Source: Candidatus Atribacteria bacterium (lineage in GTDB: Bacteria; Atribacterota; JALVIU01). From it: a stretch of 32,701 bases of DNA. The notes below the pieces were generated by a model that ran no database searches, was not told where the DNA came from, and was given only the letters and a program-made list of their open reading frames with translations. The stretch covers positions 1 through 32,701 of the forward strand of contig JALVIU010000206.1 in NCBI GenBank assembly GCA_027028665.1, written 5' to 3'. This document shows positions 25,382 to 32,701 of this stretch, in pieces (the first letter of the stretch is position 1; each line of letters begins with the position of its first letter). A program made the position numbers and the translations under genes.

Positions 25382-26428
25382 ATGAAGAGGAAGATCGATC
25401 CTTATTTTGCCAGGACTCTTGTGTATGGTGGCGCGGTGCTTGGTGGAGGAGGCGGGGGAAATATCGAAGAAGGCCTGGAATTTATAGATGAGCTCTCCAG
25501 GTATAAAAATCCGCTTCTTTTATCTCCAGATGAGATAGATGATGGATATATAGTAACTGTTGCGATGGTAGGTGCTCCTTCTTCAAAAAAGAAGCTTTCC
25601 TCATCTATTATTATCTCTTCATTTGAATTCTTTAGAGAAAATTTCAAACAAGAAATATCAGGTATTATTACAAATGAAATGGGTCCATTTGCCTCTGTAA
25701 ATGGGCTCTTACAATCTGCCTTCACCCTGGTTCCAATTATTGATGCACCTGCAAATGGGAGGGCTCATCCCCTTTCTGCTATGGGAGCCATGGGCTTGAG
25801 CAAGTTAAAGAACTATGTATCTTATCAGTCAGGTGTAAGTGATCTCCTCAAAGTCTATGTAGAAGGAGATATAAACACCACCTCTCAACTTATGCGGAGT
25901 GCCTCTGTGGTTTCAGGGGGTATTATATCTATTACAAGAAACCCGGTAGATATTGGATATCTAAGGGAAAATGGTGCAGTAGGGGCTATAGATTTTACCC
26001 ATAAACTTGGAGATATCTGGCTAAGCAGGAAAGAGCCCATGGAGAAGATAGATGGGTGTATATCTTTCCTAAAAGGTAATAATCTGGGCAGGTTCTCTAT
26101 AGATAATGTAACCTTATCTCAGGAGGGTGGTTTTGATATAGGAAGAGTAACCTTTGGAGATTTTGAGCTTATCTTCTGGAATGAATACATGACCCTTGAG
26201 AAAAAGGGAATACGAATAGCTACATTTCCCGATCTTATTGTACTCTTTGATCCTTTGACAGGGCTTCCTCTTTCATCCTATGAACTCACAAAGGGACAGG
26301 AGATTGTGGCTTCATATACAAGCTATAAAAACATTATTCTTGGAAGTGGCATGAGGGATAAAACCCTTTTTGAATATACAGAAAAGGTCATAGGTAAGGA
26401 TCTTATAAGATACCTTGACCTATTTTAA
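25382..26428 (+). CDS. DUF917-like protein (function unknown)
   Basis: 348 aa. The glycine run VLGGGGGGN near the N-terminus and IIDAPANGRAHPLSAMG resemble the DUF917 signatures (GTGGGG ... DAD-x-GRA-x-PE) as I remember them. The assignment is tentative. Confidence 0.45.
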   Translation: MKRKIDPYFARTLVYGGAVLGGGGGGNIEEGLEFIDELSRYKNPLLLSPDEIDDGYIVTVAMVGAPSSKKKLSSSIIISSFEFFRENFKQEISGIITNEMGPFASVNGLLQSAFTLVPIIDAPANGRAHPLSAMGAMGLSKLKNYVSYQSGVSDLLKVYVEGDINTTSQLMRSASVVSGGIISITRNPVDIGYLRENGAVGAIDFTHKLGDIWLSRKEPMEKIDGCISFLKGNNLGRFSIDNVTLSQEGGFDIGRVTFGDFELIFWNEYMTLEKKGIRIATFPDLIVLFDPLTGLPLSSYELTKGQEIVASYTSYKNIILGSGMRDKTLFEYTEKVIGKDLIRYLDLF

Positions 26429-26446
26429 AGAAGGAGGTGTAGGTTT

Positions 26447-28033
26447 ATGAAGAAGTTTTTGGTATTCTCTTTGGTATTAACACTTGTTTTGACCTCATTT
26501 GCACTTGTAGGATATGCAAAAGAGGTGGTATTTAAATATGCAACAGGGCAGGAAACTATGTGTTTTGATCCAGCACTTCATAGAGATGAGACACAGTCTG
26601 CAAATGTCTTCAACCTTTATGATCCACTGTTTTATCCTGTAAGAGGTGGGGCACCTATTCCATGGCTTGTAGAGTCTTATAAGGTCTCAGATGATGGAAA
26701 AGTCTATACCTTCAAACTGAAAAAAGGTGTAAAATTTCATGATGGAACAGAGATGACAGCAGAAGATGTTGCATTTTCTATGTTGAGAATGATAAAAATC
26801 AATCAGGGATTTTCCTGGCTATGGAAGGGTATAGTGGATCCAGAGAAGATAGAAGTATTGGATAAATACACGGTAAAGTTTGTATTGAACAAACCTTATG
26901 GTCCATTCATTGCAACACTTGTACAGTTTCATGTGGTAAATAAGGATCTACTTATGAAGAATAAAAAACCTGGTGATTGGGGTGAATACGGAGACTTTGG
27001 TATGGCATATCTCCAGGACCATGATGCAGGCTCAGGTCCATTTACCCTTGAGAAGGTACAACTTGGTGATAGGCTCACATTGAAGAAGTTTGATGGGTAT
27101 TTCAAGGGCTTTAAGGAAAATTCCCCTGATGTGGTGAACTGGCTTGTAGTTCCAGAGAAAGCTACATATGTAGCTATGCTCAAAAAGGGAGAAGTTGATA
27201 TGATAGATCAATGGCTCTCTCCTGAGAACTTTAAAGACCTTGCAAAAACAAAGGGTGTTGTGGTTCAGGAAGATCCAAATGTGCAACTCTTCTTCCTCCA
27301 GATGAACAATAAAAAGAAACCCCTTGATGATGTAAATGTAAGAAAAGCAATATCTTATGCATTTGATTATAAAGTGGCAGTAAATGATATATTTAAAGGT
27401 GGAAAACAGGCAGAAGGTCCTGTTCCTATCCTTATGCCAGGACATGCAAAAGATGTGACAGTTTATCATAAAGATCTCAAAAAGGCAAAAGAATACCTTG
27501 CAAAATCCAAGTATTCCAAAGCCGAACTTAAAAACATGGAACTTACATATGTATATGTAAATTCTCTTGATCTTGAGAGAAAAATAGGTCTTTTGCTTGC
27601 CAATGATCTTGCACAAATTGGTCTGAAGGTTAAGATAAAAGGTGAAACATGGTCAAGAATTACCCAGCTTGCAAAATCTCCTGATACTACACCACACTTT
27701 ACGGCTATATTCCATACTGCAAAATATCCATCCCCAGATAGCCATACATATCTTATGTACAATAAACATGCATGGGGTACCTATATTTCTATGAGTTGGT
27801 ATGATAATCCAAAGGTAGATGAACTTACCGAAAAGGCGAGACAGACCATTGATGTAAATGAGAGATATAAATTATATGAAGAAGTCCAGAGAATAGTAAC
27901 AGCTGATGCAGCATCTCTGTATATTGTAAACCCACTTCATAGGATCGCATTTAGAGATTGGGTAAAGGACTATAATTATGTAGGAATCCTTGGATACGAT
28001 CTTGAATTTGATCATTTGAAGATAGAAAAATAG
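26447..28033 (+). CDS. ABC transporter substrate-binding protein, family 5 (DppA/OppA/NikA-type)
   Basis: 528 aa. SPI signal MKKFLVFSLVLTLVLTSFALVGYA. Size and motifs (FKLKKGVKFHDGTEMTAEDVAFS, GSGPFTLEK, LVVPEKATYVAMLKKGEVD) are typical of SBP_bac_5. AAGGAGG SD upstream. Confidence 0.85.
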   Translation: MKKFLVFSLVLTLVLTSFALVGYAKEVVFKYATGQETMCFDPALHRDETQSANVFNLYDPLFYPVRGGAPIPWLVESYKVSDDGKVYTFKLKKGVKFHDGTEMTAEDVAFSMLRMIKINQGFSWLWKGIVDPEKIEVLDKYTVKFVLNKPYGPFIATLVQFHVVNKDLLMKNKKPGDWGEYGDFGMAYLQDHDAGSGPFTLEKVQLGDRLTLKKFDGYFKGFKENSPDVVNWLVVPEKATYVAMLKKGEVDMIDQWLSPENFKDLAKTKGVVVQEDPNVQLFFLQMNNKKKPLDDVNVRKAISYAFDYKVAVNDIFKGGKQAEGPVPILMPGHAKDVTVYHKDLKKAKEYLAKSKYSKAELKNMELTYVYVNSLDLERKIGLLLANDLAQIGLKVKIKGETWSRITQLAKSPDTTPHFTAIFHTAKYPSPDSHTYLMYNKHAWGTYISMSWYDNPKVDELTEKARQTIDVNERYKLYEEVQRIVTADAASLYIVNPLHRIAFRDWVKDYNYVGILGYDLEFDHLKIEK

Positions 28034-28036
28034 GAA

Positions 28037-28067
28037 ATAAATAAGGGGGGCTTCCCCCCTTATTTAT
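28037..28067 (+). terminator. Intra-operon hairpin after the SBP gene (partial terminator or mRNA stabiliser)
   Basis: 14-bp stem: ATAAATAAGGGGGG, loop CTT, CCCCCCTTATTTAT. It lies between the SBP stop (28033) and the permease start (28070). Confidence 0.45.
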
Positions 28068-28069
28068 AA

Positions 28070-29074
28070 ATGATTATGAACATAAAAAGTAGATTAATTC
28101 AGATAATATTTACACTTTTTGGACTTTCTGTGCTTATCTTCTTTCTTGCCCGTGTTATGCCTGGAGATCCTGCAAGATTGGCATTGGGACCTGAGGCTAC
28201 ACAGGAACAGGTTGAGGATCTGCGGCATAAGTTGGGACTTGACAAGCCACTTCCATATCAATATTGGGAGTTTCTGAAGGGACTTGCCCATGGAAAGATG
28301 GGGATCTCTCTTATTACAAAGAGAGATGTTTCAAAAGATATAAAAGATAGGCTCCCTGCAACCCTTGAGCTTATAATATTTGCGATGACATTCTCTGTCA
28401 TTGTAGGTGTACCTCTTGGAATCGTGGCTGCCTTAAAAAAAGATAAGTTTTTGGACAATTTTACAAGGGTATTTGCTTTTTCTGGGGTATCTTTTCCAAG
28501 ATTTTGGATAGGTATAATGTTTCAATTGATCTTTGCATATGCCTTATCGCTTTTACCCCTTACAGGAAGAATATCTGGTGACCCCCCTACCCATATTACG
28601 GGTTTTTATGTATTGGATAGCCTGCTTACTCTTAACTTTTCTGCCCTCTGGGATGCACTTTTACACCTTGCCTTACCTGTACTTACTTTGTCTTTGTCAC
28701 CTATTGCACAGATTACAAGGCTTATAAGGGCAAATATGGTGGAGCAGATGAGAAAGGACTATACTCTTGCTTTAAGGGTAAATGGTTTACCTGAAAATCT
28801 CAATATATATAAATACATGTTGAAAAATGCCTTTACATCAACCCTTACAATTATCGGTCTTTTATTTGGCTGGCTTTTAGGAAATGCATTTGTAGTGGAG
28901 ACTGTATTTGCATGGCCTGGTATGGCAAGATATGGTATAAATTCTGTTATTAGAAAGGATTTTAACGCAGTTGTAGGGGTTACTCTTGTGGTAGGGATTA
29001 CTTATGTTATTATAAATCTTATAGTCGATATATTATACAGATATCTTGATCCAAGGATAGGGCTTGAAAAATGA
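28070..29074 (+). CDS. Dpp/Opp-type ABC permease (DppB/OppB-like)
   Basis: 334 aa. The N-terminus RLIQIIFTLFGLSVLIFFLARVMPGDPA is typical of this family. Six hydrophobic segments. Confidence 0.85.
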   Translation: MIMNIKSRLIQIIFTLFGLSVLIFFLARVMPGDPARLALGPEATQEQVEDLRHKLGLDKPLPYQYWEFLKGLAHGKMGISLITKRDVSKDIKDRLPATLELIIFAMTFSVIVGVPLGIVAALKKDKFLDNFTRVFAFSGVSFPRFWIGIMFQLIFAYALSLLPLTGRISGDPPTHITGFYVLDSLLTLNFSALWDALLHLALPVLTLSLSPIAQITRLIRANMVEQMRKDYTLALRVNGLPENLNIYKYMLKNAFTSTLTIIGLLFGWLLGNAFVVETVFAWPGMARYGINSVIRKDFNAVVGVTLVVGITYVIINLIVDILYRYLDPRIGLEK

Positions 29075-29931
29075 AGAAATTTAAAGAGAGTTCTCTATAT
29101 CTTCCCTTATATAGGTTTTTTCAAAATAGACTATCGGTGGTGGGTGCAATTATCATAATAGTGGTGGTACTTATTTCTATATTTGCTCCTTATCTTGCGC
29201 CATATCCAGAGGATGCAGGGGGGGCAATTCATTTCTCTGATACATTTCAACCTCCAAGTAGAAAACACCTTCTTGGCACAGATGATGTAGGAAGAGATGT
29301 GTTATCAAGAATACTTATAGGATCACGTATATCACTTCTTTTAGGGGTGGTGGTTCTAACTATTGCCGTGCTTATTGGCATCCCACTGGGACTTATTGCA
29401 GGATATTTTGGAGGACTTACAGAGAAGATCATAATGCGTACCACAGATATATTTCTCTCTATTCCCCCTCTGGTTCTGGCCCTTGCTGTAAGTGCTGCCT
29501 TTGAACCAAATTTGAGAAATAGTATGATAGCTATAGCTTTTTCCTGGTGGCCCTGGTATACAAGGCTTGCATATGGTGAAACACTTTCCATAAAGGAAGA
29601 GGATTTTATAGAGGTGGCAGAATCCTTAGGTGCAAGTAAGTGGTACATAATATTTAGAGAGATCTTGCCAAATATGACATCTACCCTTGTTGTGAAGATA
29701 AGTCTTGATTTTGGTTATGCGATCCTGACAGGTGCAGCACTGGGATTTTTGGGTCTCGGTGCACAGCCTCCTACGCCTGAGTGGGGTACAATGGTGAGTC
29801 TGGGCAGAGAATACTTACCAAATGTATGGTGGATCTCTACATTCTCCGGTCTTGCCATATTCATTACAGTTCTCGGATTTAATCTCCTGGGTGATGGTCT
29901 AAGAGACTTTTTCGATGTTGAGGTAAACTGA
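29071..29931 (+). CDS. Dpp/Opp-type ABC permease (DppC/OppC-like)
   Basis: 286 aa. HLLGTDDVGRDVLSRILIGSRISL is the OppC/DppC signature. A 4-nt overlap joins it to the preceding gene. Confidence 0.85.
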   Translation: MKKFKESSLYLPLYRFFQNRLSVVGAIIIIVVVLISIFAPYLAPYPEDAGGAIHFSDTFQPPSRKHLLGTDDVGRDVLSRILIGSRISLLLGVVVLTIAVLIGIPLGLIAGYFGGLTEKIIMRTTDIFLSIPPLVLALAVSAAFEPNLRNSMIAIAFSWWPWYTRLAYGETLSIKEEDFIEVAESLGASKWYIIFREILPNMTSTLVVKISLDFGYAILTGAALGFLGLGAQPPTPEWGTMVSLGREYLPNVWWISTFSGLAIFITVLGFNLLGDGLRDFFDVEVN

Positions 29932-30929
29932 TGGATGCATTGTTAAAGGTAGAAGATCTCCATGTAAATTTTAAAACACCTTTTGGTATGGCAAAGGTAC
30001 TAAACGGTGTCTCTTTATACATAAAGCCCCAGGAGATCGTCTCTCTGGTGGGAGAGACAGGATGTGGAAAAAGTATTACTGCAAAATCTATCCTTGATGT
30101 TCTTCCTGAAACCTCAATAATCTCTGGTAAAATATCTTTAAAAGATAAGGATTTCCTTTCTATAGGGAAAAAAGAGAGAAGAACCCTTATAAGGTCACGA
30201 ATAGGATATATACCACAAAATCCTATGACCTCGTTAAATCCTGTATTTACTATAGGGGAGGTATTTTTTGACCTTATAAAATGGCATGGGAAAGAGATTG
30301 TACCTTGGAGGGCATATAGGAAATGGAAGAGGCATATAAAAGAAGAGAGAGATATTGCTATAGAACTTTTGAAAAAAGTGCATCTTCCACAGCCAGAAGA
30401 TGTGCTTAGTAAGTATCCTACTCAGCTTTCAGGGGGTATGAGGCAGAGGGTTCTTATCGCTATGTCTATGATAGGTAATAGAGAGTTTCTCATTGCTGAT
30501 GAGCCTACTACAGCCCTTGATGTAACAATTCAGAAGGGGATTGTAGAGCTTATAAAAGAAAAAGTAGAAGAAGAGAGATTATCGGTACTGTATATAACAC
30601 ATAATCTGGGAGTAGCAAAATACTTAAGTAATAGGATATATGTAATGTATGCAGGAGATATTGTGGAGTTTGGGCCATCTGAATCCCTTCTTAGAAATCC
30701 TCTTCATCCATATACGCAGGGTCTTCTAAATTCCATTCCAAAACTTGTAAAAACAGGTTTTTCTGGTATTCCTGGAAGGCTTCCATCATATATTACACCT
30801 CCTGAAGGTTGTAGATTTTCACCAAGATGTCCAAAGAGTATGGAGATATGTAATAATATAAAACCTCCCCTTAAGGAGGTGGAGGAAGGTCATTTTGTAA
30901 GGTGTCATTTATATGGAAAAGATAATTGA
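29931..30929 (+). CDS. Dpp/Opp-type ABC ATP-binding protein (DppD/OppD-like)
   Basis: Walker A GETGCGKS, signature LSGGMRQRVLIA, Walker B LIADEPTTALD. The C-terminal oligopeptide-ABC domain has 4 Cys. The start overlaps the previous stop (TGATG). Confidence 0.9.
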   Translation: MDALLKVEDLHVNFKTPFGMAKVLNGVSLYIKPQEIVSLVGETGCGKSITAKSILDVLPETSIISGKISLKDKDFLSIGKKERRTLIRSRIGYIPQNPMTSLNPVFTIGEVFFDLIKWHGKEIVPWRAYRKWKRHIKEERDIAIELLKKVHLPQPEDVLSKYPTQLSGGMRQRVLIAMSMIGNREFLIADEPTTALDVTIQKGIVELIKEKVEEERLSVLYITHNLGVAKYLSNRIYVMYAGDIVEFGPSESLLRNPLHPYTQGLLNSIPKLVKTGFSGIPGRLPSYITPPEGCRFSPRCPKSMEICNNIKPPLKEVEEGHFVRCHLYGKDN

Positions 30930-31866
30930 GGTAAAGGCATTATCAAAACATTTTAAAACTAAAAAGGGTCTTACAGTTAAGGCTGTAGATGAGGTGGATT
31001 TTTTTCTGGAAAAAGGTAAGACCCTTGCAATAGTGGGTGAGTCAGGTTCAGGAAAGACTACCCTTGGAAAAACCTTGCTTAAGATATATGAACCCACTGG
31101 AGGAAGGATATATTTCGAAGGTAAGGATATAACAAATTATTCTAAGGATAAGATGAAAGAATTAAGGGCAAATCTCCAGATGGTATTTCAAGACCCTACA
31201 TCTTCCTTAAATCCAAGAAAGAGTATAGGGAATATTATATCTTTACCCCTTAAAATCCATACAAGGATGACAAAAAAAGAGATAAAAGAAAAGGTGATAT
31301 GGCTTTTAGAACAGGTAGACCTTTCGCCTGCCTTTTATTCTCGTTATCCAAATGCCCTATCTGGAGGACAAAAACAGAGGGTAGGTATTGCTCGAGCGCT
31401 TGCCCTTAACCCAAAACTTATCGTTCTTGATGAGCCCACAGCATCTTTGGATGTCTCTGTCCAGGCAAAAATTTTAACTCTTTTGGAAGAGTTAAAAAAT
31501 CGCTTTGGCTTAAGTTACATATATATAACCCACGACCTTGGAGTTGTGAGAAATATGGCAGATTTTACACTTGTTATGTATCTCGGAAGGGTTATGGAAT
31601 ATGCATCTACAGAGGAGCTTTTTAGAAATCCTCTTCACCCTTATACTGTAGCCCTATTATCTTCTATACCTACTATAATGGATGAAGAGAAAAGTACTAT
31701 CCCTTATGAAATTACTCTATCAGGCGATATCCCATCCCTTACAGAGATTCCAGATTATTGTAGATTTTATTCCAGGTGTTATAAAAAAGAAAAGGAATGT
31801 ATGGAGAAAGAACCCGAATTAAGAGAGATGCTCTCAGGTCATTGGGTAAGATGCATAAGAGTTTAA
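30913..31866 (+). CDS. Dpp/Opp-type ABC ATP-binding protein (DppF/OppF-like)
   Basis: Walker A GESGSGKTT, signature LSGGQKQRVGIARAL, Walker B LDEPTASLD. The C-terminal domain has 4 Cys. A 17-nt overlap joins it to the preceding gene. Confidence 0.9.
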   Translation: MEKIIEVKALSKHFKTKKGLTVKAVDEVDFFLEKGKTLAIVGESGSGKTTLGKTLLKIYEPTGGRIYFEGKDITNYSKDKMKELRANLQMVFQDPTSSLNPRKSIGNIISLPLKIHTRMTKKEIKEKVIWLLEQVDLSPAFYSRYPNALSGGQKQRVGIARALALNPKLIVLDEPTASLDVSVQAKILTLLEELKNRFGLSYIYITHDLGVVRNMADFTLVMYLGRVMEYASTEELFRNPLHPYTVALLSSIPTIMDEEKSTIPYEITLSGDIPSLTEIPDYCRFYSRCYKKEKECMEKEPELREMLSGHWVRCIRV

Positions 31867-31878
31867 AGGAGGAGTAAT

Positions 31879-32701
31879 ATGAAATTTGATTGGGAAGTCA
31901 AAAGTGCTGCTTTTAAAGTAATAAATGATATGTGCAATCTCAAAAAGGGTGAGCATTTACTCATATATGCAGATACAAAAGTAGATCAAGATGTGCTCTC
32001 TGCAATAGCTGAGGCAGGACATGTAGCAGGGGGAGAAGTAGGTGTATACCTTTACAGGACAAGGGAAGAGGTGGGTATGGAGCCTCCTCCGCCTTTGAGA
32101 GAGGCAATGAAGGCATCAGATGTCATAATAGAGCTTGCAGAAAAATACCTCATACATACAAAAGCATATCATGATGCGTTGGATAATGGTTCGAGAAATC
32201 TCTGTCTTACAGGGATGGATAAGGATATGCTTACGAGGTGTATTGGGGATATAAACTATAAAGCAATGGTGGAATTTGGGGATAAACTTATGGAGATCCT
32301 GTCCAGAGGAAATAAGATGGAGATCACAACACCAGCCGGGACACATCTTGTATCAGAGATAGGCGGGAGGCCATTTTACCATAACTCAGGTATCATAGAT
32401 AGCCCTGGCCAGCAGAGTTTTTTAGGTGGACAAATATCATGGGCACCTATTGAAGAGACGATAAATGGAACAATGGTGTTTGATGGTTCTGTTTGGCCCC
32501 CTGATGAATTGGGACTCTTAAAAGAACCTATAGTTATGAAAATAGAGAAAGGTAGAGTAGTTGAAATAGAGGGCGGAAAAGAGGCCATGATATTTAAAAA
32601 ATGGCTTGCAAGTTTTAATGATCCCAATATGTTTATGATTGCCCATTTTTCATACGGTTTTAACCCTGGTGCAAGGCTCACAGGTAAGATATTGGAAGAT
32701 G
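31879..32701 (+). CDS. M29-aminopeptidase-like / NicX (2,5-dihydroxypyridine dioxygenase)-like family protein, N-terminal 274 codons; continues beyond the right edge
   Basis: Open frame from ATG 31879 (AAGGAGGAG SD) to the window end. It is absent from the ORF track because it is unterminated. MKIEKGRVVEIEGGKEAMIFKKWLASFNDPNMFMIAHFSYGFNPGARL parallels the NicX segment IEKG-I-GI-GG-EA ... FNDPEVYGISHIGWGLQPRA as I remember it. Confidence 0.6.
   Translation, partial: MKFDWEVKSAAFKVINDMCNLKKGEHLLIYADTKVDQDVLSAIAEAGHVAGGEVGVYLYRTREEVGMEPPPPLREAMKASDVIIELAEKYLIHTKAYHDALDNGSRNLCLTGMDKDMLTRCIGDINYKAMVEFGDKLMEILSRGNKMEITTPAGTHLVSEIGGRPFYHNSGIIDSPGQQSFLGGQISWAPIEETINGTMVFDGSVWPPDELGLLKEPIVMKIEKGRVVEIEGGKEAMIFKKWLASFNDPNMFMIAHFSYGFNPGARLTGKILED

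Overview
Dense, chromosomal-looking 32.7-kb segment from an AT-rich bacterium. Proteins are K/E/I-rich (thermophile-like) and exported proteins carry SPI or lipobox signals. I count 32 credible protein genes, two cut by the window edges, in about a dozen transcription units. Many have overlapping stop/start codons, near-consensus promoters (TTGACA-17-TATAAT or TGnTATAAT) and GC-rich hairpins shared by convergent genes. I recognised no rRNA, tRNA, CRISPR array, transposase, integrase, phage gene or known defence system.

Gene content, left to right:
- GH13 glycosidase N-terminus plus a lipoprotein
- a carboxylesterase
- a five-gene DUF2877 / FdrA / 63-aa ORF / DUF1116 / carbamate kinase cassette (AllFGH-like)
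- an AfuABC/FbpABC-type ABC importer with two tandem, diverged binding-protein genes
- an AEC-family permease
- an aldo-keto reductase fused to a 2x[4Fe-4S] domain
- a Dps-like ferritin plus cytochrome-b5-like bicistron behind a 28-bp palindromic operator
- an operon with a LarA (nickel-pincer racemase/epimerase) homologue between a BadF-type ASKHA kinase and a rhamnulokinase-family kinase
- an orphan cheW, a DGC-domain protein, an orphan uxaC, a DUF4332 protein
- a HAD phosphatase plus LVIVD beta-propeller pair
- a DUF917-like protein leading a five-gene Dpp/Opp-type ABC operon, followed by a NicX/M29-like protein that runs off the right edge

The best candidates for undescribed biology are the LarA-with-two-kinases operon, the carbamoyl-phosphate-yielding FdrA/DUF1116/DUF2877 cassette without any ureide-pathway genes, and the DUF917-ABC-NicX-like locus. 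All family calls come from reading translations and comparing with sequences and motifs I remember. No database search was run.
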